Assembly (NCBI GenBank): GCA_965197925.1
Contig: CBDAOC010000020.1
Span: 256,001 to 320,000 of the forward strand
DNA from: Nitrososphaerales archaeon
Lineage (GTDB): Archaea > Thermoproteota > Nitrososphaeria > Nitrososphaerales > UBA213
Length of the DNA stretch: 64,000 nt
Direction: 5' to 3'
Notes under the pieces: model-generated
Databases searched by the model: none
Told to the model about the DNA's origin: nothing
What the model saw: only the letters and a program-made list of their open reading frames with translations
Translations under genes and position numbers: made by a program
Shown: in pieces, positions 11,505 through 22,874 of the stretch
Layout of the letters: every line of letters starts with the position of its first letter
Numbering within the stretch: the first letter of the stretch is position 1

Positions 11505-11618
11505 GGGGTCGTGGGCTAGATTCATCAAAGAGTCAAAGTGTCTTGTTGATGGAGGTTAGCATGGTATGCTTCGAGCCTTGGGCGCTCGAGGTCGCAGGTT
11601 CAAATCCTGCCGACCCCA
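11505..11618 (+). tRNA. tRNA-Pro(TGG) with a 40-nt non-canonical D-loop intron (11520-11559)
   Basis: Acceptor stem GGGGTCG/CGACCCC-A; anticodon arm CGAGC-CTTGGGC-GCTCG; T arm GCAGG-TTCAAAT-CCTGC; intron forms a TTCATCAA/TTGATGGA helix with bulges. Confidence 0.93.
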
Positions 11619-11669
11619 CTGACTTACGAACAAAAATACCTGACAAAACGATAACATCGAACCCTGATA

Positions 11670-12410
11670 CATGTATAATACACGTATCCTATGCCCAATA
11701 CCACAATTACCTCGAGAACATTAAAAGATCGTTAAGAGATAACACAATCAAGACAACTGGTACAGAATAGAGCCATCTACGGCATTATCAAGCATTGAAT
11801 GAAGATGCCGTCAAAGCCTACCTAACTCATATTGATAATGACAACACCTACGACAATTCTGCTAAAGCCCTAAAGCATCCATCCAGAATGTATAATACCG
11901 ATATCAGCATATCTTTCCGAAAACCAAATACCGAGAGCTTGATTATTACACCTAAATATGATATGGTGAGAGAACTCATTGAGAGCGTACAAGATCCTCT
12001 GGTTAAAGCATGTCTTGCCTTATGCTCAACTACCGGAATACGTGTAAGAAGATTGCTGTCACTTGATGATATTGATTTCAATAATGGCCCTGTATTGAGA
12101 AAGGTTGAATATGTTACGACCAAATGGTATGACCTAATCCCTTGCATGTAGATGTTGGTTCTTTAGTTAATGAAATATCCAGAATCAAAGAAAGAGCGCT
12201 CCCAATTGATTCTAAGCGTGTTAGGAATAGAATCAAACAAACTGATGTGAAGATAATTCCCACTCAGCAAGGGATTTCTTCTACAGCCAGGCTCTGAACT
12301 GTGGTATGAATCATGCAACAGTAGAATGGCTTATGGGACATGATATAGGCACAGCAAAGCATTATCTAGGTGATAACATAAAGCAGGAATATTGTAAAGT
12401 TTGAGAAAGC
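11670..12410 (+). pseudogene. tyrosine recombinase/integrase, fragmented
   Basis: LALCSTTGIRV (catalytic Arg box) in ORF 11795-12151, then RDFFYSQALNCGMNHATVEWLMGHDIGTAKHYL at ~12270-12370; several stops and frameshifts; ends approximate. Confidence 0.8.
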
Positions 12411-12433
12411 TATAAGGTTCTTTTAAGCAGTGA

Positions 12434-13117
12434 TTATTGTTGCACATATGTTGTAGGTGGGATATGGTTTATTTTTTGTACTTTCGCTGATTTGATGATT
12501 TCAATCAACAATCCCACTAGTTCATCAAATATTATGTACAAGTTATCCCAACCTGTACAATCAACTCGCGCACCCTTAACAAATTTGAATGATTGACCTC
12601 TTATAGTTGCCTTAAAATCATAATTTGAATATCCATTGTTATGAAGTGAATTACGTATTTTTGCAGGGGTATTCAGAACGTTCAATTTTTGCCCATCATT
12701 CATATCTATAGAATTAAGAAGTTGTTCAGCAAGTTTGGAATATTTTTCACCATTCAAATTTTCACCTAGACTAATCAAGATCTCCTTTAAGAAATATTCG
12801 ACTTGAAACATAGTTTTCGTTAAGTAGGCAGTTCTATTGATATTGTCATATTGCTCCAGAAAGACTTCTCTGGCTTTCGGTTCAAGACTAATGTATTGAC
12901 TAATCCCCAAATCATAATCATCGAACATGTGAAAGAATTTCTCCAATTGTATTAATAGCCACAGATTTGAGAATGTATAAACTGAAAAGAAGATATGTCT
13001 AGCATCAGAACCAGGATATTCGGCAGCCTGAGATAAGGTCTTTTTAGATAATTTACCAAAATTAGTTTGTGCATTCTCTATACTCTTCTTGAAAGAATCC
13101 ATTCTCTTACTCGTCAA
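12434..13117 (-). CDS. hypothetical cargo protein, possibly HEPN-like
   Basis: Intact 227-aa ORF with a KIRNSLHNNG motif. Confidence 0.55.
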   Translation of the reverse strand: MTSKRMDSFKKSIENAQTNFGKLSKKTLSQAAEYPGSDARHIFFSVYTFSNLWLLIQLEKFFHMFDDYDLGISQYISLEPKAREVFLEQYDNINRTAYLTKTMFQVEYFLKEILISLGENLNGEKYSKLAEQLLNSIDMNDGQKLNVLNTPAKIRNSLHNNGYSNYDFKATIRGQSFKFVKGARVDCTGWDNLYIIFDELVGLLIEIIKSAKVQKINHIPPTTYVQQ

Positions 13118-13205
13118 TAGGTTGCTCTTGTATGTACTAAGAAATAAGCATCACGCTTAGTAATACATGCATGGATATTATTTCATCAAGAATCATGCTA
13201 TATTA

Positions 13206-13433
13206 CTACCCATGTCTAGCGTGTGTTGACGCTTGATGGTATGGATTCTCAATTTTCCCGAATTGCTTGTTACGGCGTGTAGATACTGACCATGACCTCT
13301 CTTTACGTGTAATGAGCCATTCTACACCGCAGTACCCACACCGGAAATGAGAAGGCTTACCTTTCTTAGCTAACTCAGGCATATACTCCAATTTCTTTCT
13401 ACATTTAGGACAGCTAGTCATTAACACTATCAC
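13206..13433 (-). CDS. small zinc-ribbon protein
   Basis: CPKC and CGYC motifs; overlaps the stop of the upstream gene. Confidence 0.55.
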   Translation of the reverse strand: MIVLMTSCPKCRKKLEYMPELAKKGKPSHFRCGYCGVEWLITRKERSWSVSTRRNKQFGKIENPYHQASTHARHG

Positions 13434-13710
13434 TTATGAATTTCAATATCCATCTGTTTCCTTCCTTTACTGCTACCATAGGGTATAGCAATGAAAGTTC
13501 TTGCCCATTCAATTAACTCCAATTTTTCTTCTTTTGATATATGCCCTCCTTGCTTTACTTGTACCGCAAATACAACCTTTCCATTACCAGCAATCAAATC
13601 AATTGGTGTATGCGAACCGGCTGACCTAATGATATAATCACAGTTCAACTGTTTCTAGGATATCCATGATGTAATATTCTGTATTTACCTCTAGCGTAGT
13701 TAGTTAGCAT
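13430..13710 (-). pseudogene. Hjc-like Holliday junction resolvase (PD-(D/E)xK), frameshifted
   Basis: IRSAGSHTPIDLIA..VFAVQVK motif; an NYARG N-terminus lies upstream in another frame. Confidence 0.7.
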
Positions 13711-14249
13711 TACGGTGTTTCTCCCTCCGTTCTCTGATAATTCGTAAGTCTCGCTCTGTTGTAGACTGAACCTTCTGATGATTATAATTATTATTAATAC
13801 AATTAATCATATTTTCAGATTTAGGTTCAGTTTGTAGGCGAATTTTTGGTAAACTCTCTTTTAGTGAATAAGCTTGTCTATCCAGTCTTGCAATCTTGAC
13901 TATGTTTAAGAATGTATGCACGATATGATTGTTTATTCTTATCACGGTTTATCTTTACTCCGGTATACTGCATTAGGTCAAACATTGCTTTGACAAGTTC
14001 AAATTCCTGAACCACTCCTAGACTTCACCCGGTTTGGACAGGTTGTTCCATATCCCAACATTCCTGGTATGCCTATTGTATTTGACATCGACCTGATGCA
14101 TCTTGCATACTCTCTGATACTTCTTTTCATTCTCTGGAATGAATCCAGTGAATATGCTTATCCCGTGTTCTTACATTCTTCTTTTTAGTCTTGAATCCAA
14201 TTTCCCTGTCACCGTACCTTACACTAACATTCTTTCCTTCTGCGGCTTT

Positions 14250-14302
14250 TTTGTGCAACATGCATGGATTGACTGTATTTATGGCATGGTTTCTACAGAG
14301 CC
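14250..14302 (+). mobile_element. right-end remnant of an IS ('ISe')
   Basis: Ends in GGTTTCTACAGAGCC, preceded by a transposase-like C-terminal tail; related ends at 50164, 53019 and 57180. Confidence 0.5.
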
Positions 14303-14336
14303 CTAAATACTAGTAGTTCTTTTAATATCCAATAAC

Positions 14337-14657
14337 ATGAACAACAAAATTAATCAAAAATTTTTATTTTTTATCGGTTTTCCACTCTATGGAGTTTTAG
14401 TTAGTTTTATTCCTAAATTCACTAATAATGATTATCCTATTCCAATCGTAGTGTTTTATCTTAATCCCATAGCGACCATGCTTGGTATGTTTATGACTTT
14501 CCCACTTCAAAAAATAGTAAGTAGTTCGGAAAGTATTATTTATCCAATTTTAATTGTAACTGCTAATTTGATATTTTGGATCCCTATTGCACATTTGATT
14601 AATAAATATCTAGAGAAACGCAAAATGAAATCAAGAAACTCAGCAAACCATAAATGA
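14337..14657 (+). CDS. small membrane protein
   Basis: Three hydrophobic segments; AT-rich. Confidence 0.55.
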   Translation: MNNKINQKFLFFIGFPLYGVLVSFIPKFTNNDYPIPIVVFYLNPIATMLGMFMTFPLQKIVSSSESIIYPILIVTANLIFWIPIAHLINKYLEKRKMKSRNSANHK

Positions 14658-16091
14658 GAAAATGAAACTCAGGTATGGTGATAGCAACATGGATAAATTA
14701 TTTTTTCTTTTATTCGTAAAATAATATCTATTTTACATTTTGGCTATTTTATGGGGTTTGGATTTTCCCAATTTACAAGAATAAAATTCGTTATGATGAT
14801 GGATTGATTATGCAGATGCCAAGGAATTATAACGCTACAGGAAATTAGTATCTGAATGTCAATATTTATTCTCGATCTGCTTCATATCTTCGCTCCTCTT
14901 GTTTTTGGTATTCTTGGATTATTGCTAATGTGTATGGCTTTAGAAAAGATGGTAATCTTGCCCATTCTTACCTATATGTCGGAATGAGTATGTTACTGCA
15001 TGCTAACAAATATGTCAAGTCGTTTTTCTTCAAGCCTAGAAAATATATTGGAAATGTCAAGATTCAGGCAAATGATGGTTACAATGTACATCTGTTGGTG
15101 TAGAGTGTTTGAATCAGGTAAATGTCACGCGTTGCAACGGATATCGCGGTATTCCAATGGAGGCTAGTATGACCGAGTTTGATCGTGTGGTTGTAGGGAA
15201 AAAGTTCGAGCATGACAACAACCTGCTAGATATTCTAAAACTTGCAGGGTGAGAAAGGTTCCTGCCAACGGTCAAGGTGAGGGAACATGGCAAGAACTAG
15301 ATTTGCCTAGGACAAACAACGTGTAAAGAAACCACAGGATAAACAGCAACTACTGCAACAAGTCTATGAGCATGCGGCCGGCAATCGATCGAAGGGTATC
15401 ATGCCAAAGAACAGGCAGGAGACATGGTCTATTTGGTGATTTAGGCATGGATAGGCTGGATGGTGGCGATCATGACGTTAGAGGAGACTTTCGTAATGGT
15501 GAAGCGTTGTTCCGCTGTGAAGCCAGTAACCAGTTTTGAAACACAAAACCCGTTTCTTATAAACCATCGCAAGAATATTTTGAGGCGATTCCACACCGAT
15601 CATCTTTACTTCAAGTCAAGATATTTACGATTGTATTATTTTCAAGATTATCCAAGAATTAATCAATACGGAAGTGATTATGATGCATGGGATGGTATGG
15701 GATGGTACAAGCGAGATAGTATGGACGATTTTTTCTAACCGCATTCATATACTTTATCAAGAAGGAAGACTCAAGAAATCCACGGTACGGCTTTTATCAT
15801 CACTGATACCCACGGCCAGTGATCAGGGTTTGCGTGCTCGTGCCACCTAATTAGCCAAGTATTATTTAATTGCCGTAATATTCAGGGTTTGTAAGTCCCG
15901 AAGTCATGATAATGAACCAGCCTTGCCTTTCATGATTCATTGGTTATTTTTACTCCTTATGTAATGGCTGTCGGATTTGTCAAAATTTTAAAATGGCTAG
16001 CTTACGTTTTCGTATATTCTAGATGAATTTAGAGCTAAATATCCTGACATGTCAATCCCATCACTCCTTAGACTGTTATTATCTGAAAAGT

Positions 16092-16131
16092 CTTGGGCGC
16101 TCGAGGTCGCAGGTTCAAATCCTGCCGACCC
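16092..16131 (+). repeat. att site (duplicated 3' half of tRNA-Pro)
   Basis: CTTGGGCGCTCGAGGTCGCAGGTTCAAATCCTGCCGACCC, identical to 11577-11616. Confidence 0.92.
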
Positions 16132-16474
16132 GCCATCTGGAAACCATTATCAACCAAGGAAGTACTAAATCAGGTGTTTCACCGGTCTTCTGGCTATTAT
16201 GGTTGATGATTTGAACTTTTGATTTTCCTAGCCAGGTCGTTATTCCAACCATAAACTTTGAAAAAAGTTGAAGTAATTATCTGAACCGGGAGTGGGTTTT
16301 AACTAGAACAGGATTTCATCCAGAATTCTTGTTACATTGGCTCCAGCTGCTCAGAGTCGTTAGGCATCAAGCCGGATAAATAGGCAACTTGATCAATATG
16401 CAATTCCCTTTTTGCTGGGATCCCAACCCATTTTTGGAAATAGAACTCCATCCTTGGTCGAGATGAATACTCCC

Positions 16475-17605
16475 TTAATTCTGGAGGACTTCAATGTTCT
16501 TCATTATTGTAGGTGATATTGCGTTTGGATTGGTCAGGCTCTCCCACAGAAAAATCTCAATGGAATAATTTCCAGCATCTGAGGGAAGCCAAGACTGTGC
16601 AACTTTAAGTGACTCATTGGGGGGTAGTTCTGAGCTAACCCATGACAAAGATACGACTATACCCTCTGAATCTGACACCTGTACTATATACGTAAAGGGC
16701 TGCCTCTTACTTTGCTTGTTTGTCACCTCTGACTGTACTAATAATTGCTCCCCGGTAAATACTTGTGAAACGCTTTCTCCAAACGAATTAAGCAGCGTTG
16801 GTTCTCCAAAGGATGCCCTCTGTGTCGGTGGTATATCCTCTCCTAATGAGGCTGTAGCAACCAAGGTTTTTGTTTCAAGTGTAACTATGCCATTGGAAGA
16901 TAATTTTGCGGGCTCCGGCAAGGTATTATCAACAAAAGACACTGTTATAGAATCGCCATCTGATACTCTGAGTCTATTACCAGAAGTGGTATCGGTTGAG
17001 GTAAAAAACAGACTTTCCTCGAAGATTCCACTATGGGTGCCAAGTTCTCTTAATTCCAATTTCAACCCGTTGGTATCTGTATCGGACCATATCTTTACAA
17101 CCACAATATCCATCACGTCTGGTTTGAAACTTGCATCACGATCGGTAACTCTTACTATACCACTATCCTCAATTTGATATGAAGACCGGTCAAAGGAGAT
17201 TGTAGCCTCATGATACTGAATTAACGCGGTTTTGGTGATCACACTGTCTGCATCTACTCTGTAAGATATAGTAATACCATCATCCCTCCTCGCTTGTATA
17301 TCACCTATATATTTAGAGGGATCAGGCGTAAGCCTGAGCTCCTTCTGAAATACTCCCGTATCTATATCATTTTCATACAGTGTGATTTTTTCGTATCGTG
17401 TTGGTCCAGAAACACTAACTTGAACAACATCTATGGCCTCAGTATCTTTGTTGAGGCTGGAATCGGTTAGCGCTATACCTATCTTGTCAAATGGTGTATA
17501 CGTTGTTCTATCAAGATTCAAAACAGGTAGAGCTGCTGTGGATACTGGTAGATGGAATAAAACAATCAAAACGGAACAAACCACAAGAAAGTGTTTGAGT
17601 TGCAT
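16475..17605 (-). CDS. exported S-layer-related protein
   Basis: Signal peptide; repeated LxE...TGVF motifs; C-terminal QPFTYIVQV..SLSW..AQSW domain. Confidence 0.78.
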   Translation of the reverse strand: MQLKHFLVVCSVLIVLFHLPVSTAALPVLNLDRTTYTPFDKIGIALTDSSLNKDTEAIDVVQVSVSGPTRYEKITLYENDIDTGVFQKELRLTPDPSKYIGDIQARRDDGITISYRVDADSVITKTALIQYHEATISFDRSSYQIEDSGIVRVTDRDASFKPDVMDIVVVKIWSDTDTNGLKLELRELGTHSGIFEESLFFTSTDTTSGNRLRVSDGDSITVSFVDNTLPEPAKLSSNGIVTLETKTLVATASLGEDIPPTQRASFGEPTLLNSFGESVSQVFTGEQLLVQSEVTNKQSKRQPFTYIVQVSDSEGIVVSLSWVSSELPPNESLKVAQSWLPSDAGNYSIEIFLWESLTNPNAISPTIMKNIEVLQN

Positions 17606-17848
17606 AGGTCATACCCAGAACACTATTATAAATAGCTAAGAAGAGCAGATCAAGCCGTCTAACTGATACTATTAAAACATATGATTCTATATGATCAAGC
17701 AACACAAGTGTTTCAGCAGAGTGCTATGACCGTTGATGGAGGAATATTGAGACTATTTTGCTAATGGTTTTAGTCAGGGACGGGAATGAGGAATATGTAT
17801 GGTCTACATTTTTTGATTAAATATTATGGAAAATATAGGCGTAATAAA

Positions 17849-18832
17849 TTAGGAGGAGTTTGGTATTCGTAGGCCATTGACAGTATGTAACCCAGGTTCT
17901 TCTTCTAGTATTATTGGAATATAATTAAACAGCAACGCAACCGTTGCCTGGTCCCCATTTATTCCATTTGTCCTCACAGATATTGGGGGTGTTCCCTCGA
18001 TCTCCACAGAGTCAAATTCACCCGCCCCAGCAAACATGCTGAGCGTCATCTCGAGGAAATATGAATTGCGTTTTTTCGCAACTAACTTGTGTTCTAGACC
18101 AGTAATTTGTCCCATTTCTACAGTAACATCACTAACTCGAAGCTTGTGGGTTGCGATGATGGGTCTTACAGTGGTGGAAATTGTTGTGGCTTTATGTTTT
18201 AGAGCATCACAGATCATTCTGGCCGACTCGTGTAACCCTACATGACCAACAATTTTTTTACATTTTTTATACTGATCCAAGCCAAGTCCTAGACACATCT
18301 TTTCTTGCAACGCCTTCCTTCTATTCGCAATGTTAACTACCCGTTCTATCCTTAACCGATGTATATTGCTACAGAGGCTGGTGAGCTTAAGAACCAGCGA
18401 ATCCATCACGAATCCTGGATTTACACCAACGCCAAGAACACTGACTTTGTTTTTCTTCGCGATCATGTGAAGTTTCTTTGCTATTTTTTTATTGTTTCCA
18501 TATGGATATACAAGTTGTTCACATGTGGATAAAACATTGATGCGCTGATTAAGCAACTCTGATATCTGGTAGTAAGCTTCTCCTAGCGAAGAAGTTGTTG
18601 CGTGTAGAGCAACATCTGGCTTTGATTTTACATCTTCTATATTACCCACGATCTTTATACCAACTTGCCTGTTTAGAGTCAAGATACCTGGATCATTACC
18701 TAGATTGCTTTTGGCAATATCAATTACACCGACAGCTTTGAGATTTTTTCTTTTCAGTAACTCTATGAAGATCTCTTTTCCCAAACTGCCAAAACCTACC
18801 TGAAGTACTTTGCAAGCCAACACTGATTTCAA
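17849..18832 (-). CDS. NAD(P)-dependent dehydrogenase, dihydrodipicolinate reductase-like / 2,4-diaminopentanoate dehydrogenase family
   Basis: GFGSLG, STCEQL, GVNPGFVMD, GHVGL.ES and GDQATVA motifs. Confidence 0.8.
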   Translation of the reverse strand: MKSVLACKVLQVGFGSLGKEIFIELLKRKNLKAVGVIDIAKSNLGNDPGILTLNRQVGIKIVGNIEDVKSKPDVALHATTSSLGEAYYQISELLNQRINVLSTCEQLVYPYGNNKKIAKKLHMIAKKNKVSVLGVGVNPGFVMDSLVLKLTSLCSNIHRLRIERVVNIANRRKALQEKMCLGLGLDQYKKCKKIVGHVGLHESARMICDALKHKATTISTTVRPIIATHKLRVSDVTVEMGQITGLEHKLVAKKRNSYFLEMTLSMFAGAGEFDSVEIEGTPPISVRTNGINGDQATVALLFNYIPIILEEEPGLHTVNGLRIPNSS

Positions 18833-19094
18833 TCAAGAAGATCACTTTGACGAATTTAAGTAATTTTGACGAATATGCCATCGATGATCTCTAGTGACTT
18901 TATTTTCCCCATTTTCATGAGTTCTATAGATTCAGGACAAGAGGCAAAACCTACCTCTTAACTTGTAGATTTGTATGTTGTTAATGATAACAATATGAGG
19001 TCTAAAAAGAAAATATAAGCCCATTACTAAAAGAATTTGACCGTTATTTTAAAGCACCAAACACCGGCAAGAATAAATTCGGGAGTGGAATAGA

Positions 19095-20411
19095 TTATTT
19101 TTCCTGTTGATGGTTCTTATTTTCCTCCGCAGGTTCAACCACCAAACAGTTTCCCTCCTTCTTTATCACCTTCACCCTTTCTCCTTGCATAATGTTCCAA
19201 TTACTTCTAGCCTTCCAGTATTCACCTCCAACAAGCACAAATCCGTCCTTGTCGCTAGAAATTGGGTCCAATGTCTTTCCTTCCTTGTTTAGATAAACAA
19301 ACTCAACCCTCTTCATCGTTTTACTCTGCCATACCTTGTAGGTGATAAATCCAATGAAAGCTGCCAATGGGGCTATCGTTACTGTAGACAATGTCGCCAT
19401 ATTTCCAAGCTCTTCTTCAGGAATTAATAGTGGTTTTACCGGTTGTGTAATCATCAGACCCGTTCCCACTAAAAGTATTATTATCCCTCCTATACCCATT
19501 GCGCTGAAACCTGGGCTATAGAGCTCATACGCAATAAGACCGACCCCTATAGCGAGTAGACCAAATGCCACCCAGTTTACATCAAATCCTTGTCCTATTA
19601 GGCCAAGGATTATCAAGACAGCCCCAGCTATCTCGCCGCCAAAGCCAGGTGAAGTAAGCCCATAAATTAAGGAGAAAAATCCAATCGTCATCATTATAGT
19701 TGAAAGTAGTGGATCAGCCAAAATACCCATCAACATTACCCTAATGCTCTTCTGATGCATTATCACCTCCCCATCCTTTGTATCCAAAACCTTTTGTCCC
19801 TTCAAGGTTGTGACCGTTGCATTATGCGCTTTCTCCAACAAATCTTGAGGGTTTTCAGCTATTGTTTCGATTATATTTCGGTCAAATGCCTTCTCTGGCG
19901 TTAGGTTGTCATTATGTGTTATGAATCTGGCAACCTGTGTAGAATTCCTCCCATGCAATTCTGCCAATGAAACTACCTTTTCTACCAGTGCATTGATAGT
20001 CTTTGTATCTTCAACTGGTTCAGTCCCGAGAACCGGTTGAGCAGAACCTATTGTTGTAACAGGTGCCATTGCAGCATAATCAGTTGCTATTAAGATGATG
20101 GTTCCCGCAGACCAAGCACTCCTCCCTTGCGGATATACATAACCTATCACAGGAACATCAGACTGTTGAATACTTTCTATTATGTCCAAAGTGGCAGCGA
20201 GCGAACCGCCAGGAGTATCCAGTGTCAATATAATGGCGGAGTAACCATGTGTAGTAGCTTCTTCTATCCCCCCAGCAATATCGTCCGATGTTGCTGATGA
20301 TATGAAATCCTTAACCTCTAGCAAAAGAACCTTCTTGCCGTCCTGCTCAGATTCAGGAATGAAAGTTGGCAACAAAAGTGCAACGGCTATCAAGATCGGT
20401 ATGAATTTCAT
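19095..20411 (-). CDS. nfeD: NfeD-family membrane-bound serine protease (stomatin operon partner)
   Basis: LDTPGG and AWSAG..IGSAQPV ClpP-like domain, TM region and C-terminal GEYWKA OB domain. Confidence 0.9.
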   Translation of the reverse strand: MKFIPILIAVALLLPTFIPESEQDGKKVLLLEVKDFISSATSDDIAGGIEEATTHGYSAIILTLDTPGGSLAATLDIIESIQQSDVPVIGYVYPQGRSAWSAGTIILIATDYAAMAPVTTIGSAQPVLGTEPVEDTKTINALVEKVVSLAELHGRNSTQVARFITHNDNLTPEKAFDRNIIETIAENPQDLLEKAHNATVTTLKGQKVLDTKDGEVIMHQKSIRVMLMGILADPLLSTIMMTIGFFSLIYGLTSPGFGGEIAGAVLIILGLIGQGFDVNWVAFGLLAIGVGLIAYELYSPGFSAMGIGGIIILLVGTGLMITQPVKPLLIPEEELGNMATLSTVTIAPLAAFIGFITYKVWQSKTMKRVEFVYLNKEGKTLDPISSDKDGFVLVGGEYWKARSNWNIMQGERVKVIKKEGNCLVVEPAEENKNHQQEK

Positions 20412-20420
20412 TTGTTTACA

Positions 20421-21344
20421 TTAGATCTCCTTTTGGTCTCCTATCTCTTCCTTCTCTTTTACCAGTTCCTCGCTCTTCCTCTCCTCGAACAGTTTCATGA
20501 TCTCCTCTTGTACCACACTTTTGATTTTATCCTCGTTCCCTTTTTCTGATTCTGGTGCCTGCTTTAATGTACCCAGTGGAGATCCAAGATTGCTCGAGTC
20601 CCCACCAGTCACTACAATCAAGTTCTTCTCCCTTGCAATTTCTGTCCATGTTTGTAACTCCCTTAATCGCATAGCCGCGATATTCTTGGTGTAAAAATCA
20701 GCAGCCTGTGCCATCTTCTCCGCAGCTTTTAACTCCCCCTCGGCGATAATTATTCTGCCCCTCTTCTCCCTTTCGGCCTCTGCCTGTTTTGCTATGGCTC
20801 GATGCATATTTTCTGGAAGTGATACATCCTTTACTGCAACGCCTGTTACTTTGATTCCCCAAGGATCGGTTGCAATATCAAGAATTTCTTGTATTCTCTT
20901 GTTCAATTCATCTCTTTTTGATAAGATGCCATCGAAATCTACCTGGCCTATTATATCTCTGAGTGTTGTCTGTGCAAGCATGCTTGACGCAAGAAGATAG
21001 TTATTCACTTTCACAACGGCATTGGTAGGTTCATTAACCCTCAGGTAAACCACTGCGTCAACATCAACGGTGACATTATCAAGTGTGATTATCTTCTGTT
21101 TGGCAACGTCAAGTGTAACTACTCGTAGATCTACCTTAATGGCCTTGTCAAGAACAGGTATAAGCAATATCAATCCTGGTCCTTTTGAGCCTATCAACCT
21201 TCCAAGTCTGAAGACGACGGCCCTTTCATATTCCCTTACTATCCGTATAGCAGATGCGAGGATTATCAGCATGACAATTACAACAAAGGCTATTGCAATC
21301 GATTCGGCCATTCCCAACTGTAATAGAAGATGAGTTACTTCCAA
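20421..21344 (-). CDS. SPFH/stomatin-like protein
   Basis: EYERAVVFRLGR, AQTTLRDIIG and AKQAEAERE motifs; paired with nfeD. Confidence 0.93.
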   Translation of the reverse strand: MEVTHLLLQLGMAESIAIAFVVIVMLIILASAIRIVREYERAVVFRLGRLIGSKGPGLILLIPVLDKAIKVDLRVVTLDVAKQKIITLDNVTVDVDAVVYLRVNEPTNAVVKVNNYLLASSMLAQTTLRDIIGQVDFDGILSKRDELNKRIQEILDIATDPWGIKVTGVAVKDVSLPENMHRAIAKQAEAEREKRGRIIIAEGELKAAEKMAQAADFYTKNIAAMRLRELQTWTEIAREKNLIVVTGGDSSNLGSPLGTLKQAPESEKGNEDKIKSVVQEEIMKLFEERKSEELVKEKEEIGDQKEI

Positions 21345-21449
21345 TGTAGTTTAATGCGGTATTCCAACCTTTAAGGTTTGACATGCGTTAAACGACAATT
21401 CAATTGGGACGGTATTCACTTAATTCAAACAAGTAAAAAAGAAAAACAT

Positions 21450-22327
21450 GAAGTCATCCCAATACTCTCCAATACATCATAATCGACGAAATGATAACAA
21501 ATGCCAGATAGTTTTGTGCATTCTTCTCATATCTGATCCTGGTTCTGTGGAACCCATTCTTCAACCAGGCAAAGAATCTCTCCACAACATAGCGCGTCTT
21601 GCCGTATAGGTATTGTTCTGTATTATCATTTTGTTGTTGTGTCTTACTGTTTTTTCTGTAAGGCATGCAGTCAGAGATTTTTCTTTTGGTGAGGTATTTC
21701 CTGATGAATTCTGCATCATAGCCCTTGTCTGCTTGGCACCGCGCAATTTTTCTGATAGATCTCTCATCCAGATATTGTGAGATGCCATCCATCACGTCTA
21801 CAAATCTTGCAGAGTCATGCTGATTTGCAGGACATTACTACTGAGACTGGCAGTCCGTTTTGTTCCACCGCAACGTGTATTTTTGTGCCTGAAATCCTGT
21901 TGAATCCGTTGTATCCTATGACGCTTCCCCTTTTTTGGCCGGAACTGATGACGAATCGACCGTTTTTTGCAGCTGCATCTTGCCTGATCTGTGGGCTGAT
22001 TTGACTGCAGCGGAGAGGATATTCTTCCATATTCCACGTCGCTGCCAGTTCTGCAGTCTGCGGTGCGCAGTTGATTTGGAGCCGTACCTTTGTGACATCC
22101 CAGTCCACCTGCATCCTGTTATCCCGACAAACAGGATTCCGTTGACTGTCTTTCTGTCGTCTGCCCTTGGCCTTCCGGTTCTGGCTGGCTTGGGGAGATG
22201 CGGTGATATCATCTTCCATTGTTCACCTGTTATCTCCTGAAATTTCATGATCTGCTACGGGCAGCATTGCAAATAGATCCAAATGATCGTCAATTATTCA
22301 CTAAATGATCAGTTTTGGGATCAGTTG
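21450..22327 (-). mobile_element. IS5-family element 'ISa' copy 1 (defective)
   Basis: 878 bp; ends CAACTGATCCCAAAAC and GTATTGGGATGACTTC; two-ORF transposase with an AAAAAAGGGG slip site; 2-bp deletion in ORF2. Confidence 0.92.
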
Positions 22328-22874
22328 ATTATAACATCCATGCATTTTGTACTGTCATGTTCATTTGCTGGACTCAACAGTATAGATATTGGAAATCCGT
22401 TACTCTCTACTGCGGCATGTATTTTTGTACCTGTTATTCTCTTGAATCCATTATATCCAGTTACATTGCCCCTTTTTTATCAGGAATGGATGAAGAGTCA
22501 ACTGATATTTTTTGCAGATTAATTTTGCCAGATTTATGTGCTGAGTGAATAGTACGTGATAGAATATTTTTCCAGATTCCTTTTTGTTGCCATTTGTTTA
22601 ACCTTCTGTTTGCAGTAGAATCATCACCATATCTTTTTGGCATATCGTCCCATCGGCATCCAGTAGTTAGAACATGGATTATTCCGTTAATGATTTTTCT
22701 ATCATCATCCCTAGGCCTGCCAGTTTTTGCATGTGGTGGTATGTGTGATTCCATCATACTCCACTGTTTGTCTGATAATTCTTGGAATTTCATAAAATAA
22801 TTTTAGATGTCGCTATTCATGGATCTAAATGGTCGCTAAAAATTGTCTAAATGGTTAGTTTTGAGATGAGTTGA
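22328..22874 (-). mobile_element. 5' half of IS5-family element 'ISb'
   Basis: TIR TCAACTCATCTCAAAAC; ORF 22461-22793 (MKFQELSDKQW..TGCRW), continuing to HDSTKCMDVI where ISa begins. Confidence 0.88.

Larger units (their letters stand above)
11577..16131. mobile_element. decayed integrated element (provirus/plasmid) at tRNA-Pro
   Basis: Exact 40-bp direct repeat of the tRNA 3' half at 11577-11616 and 16092-16131; integrase relic adjacent to the tRNA. Confidence 0.88.

Noticed and set aside
11543..11770. 75-aa ORF (and the similar 16023-16214 ORF)
   Set aside because: They overlap the tRNA and att sequences and are spurious translations.
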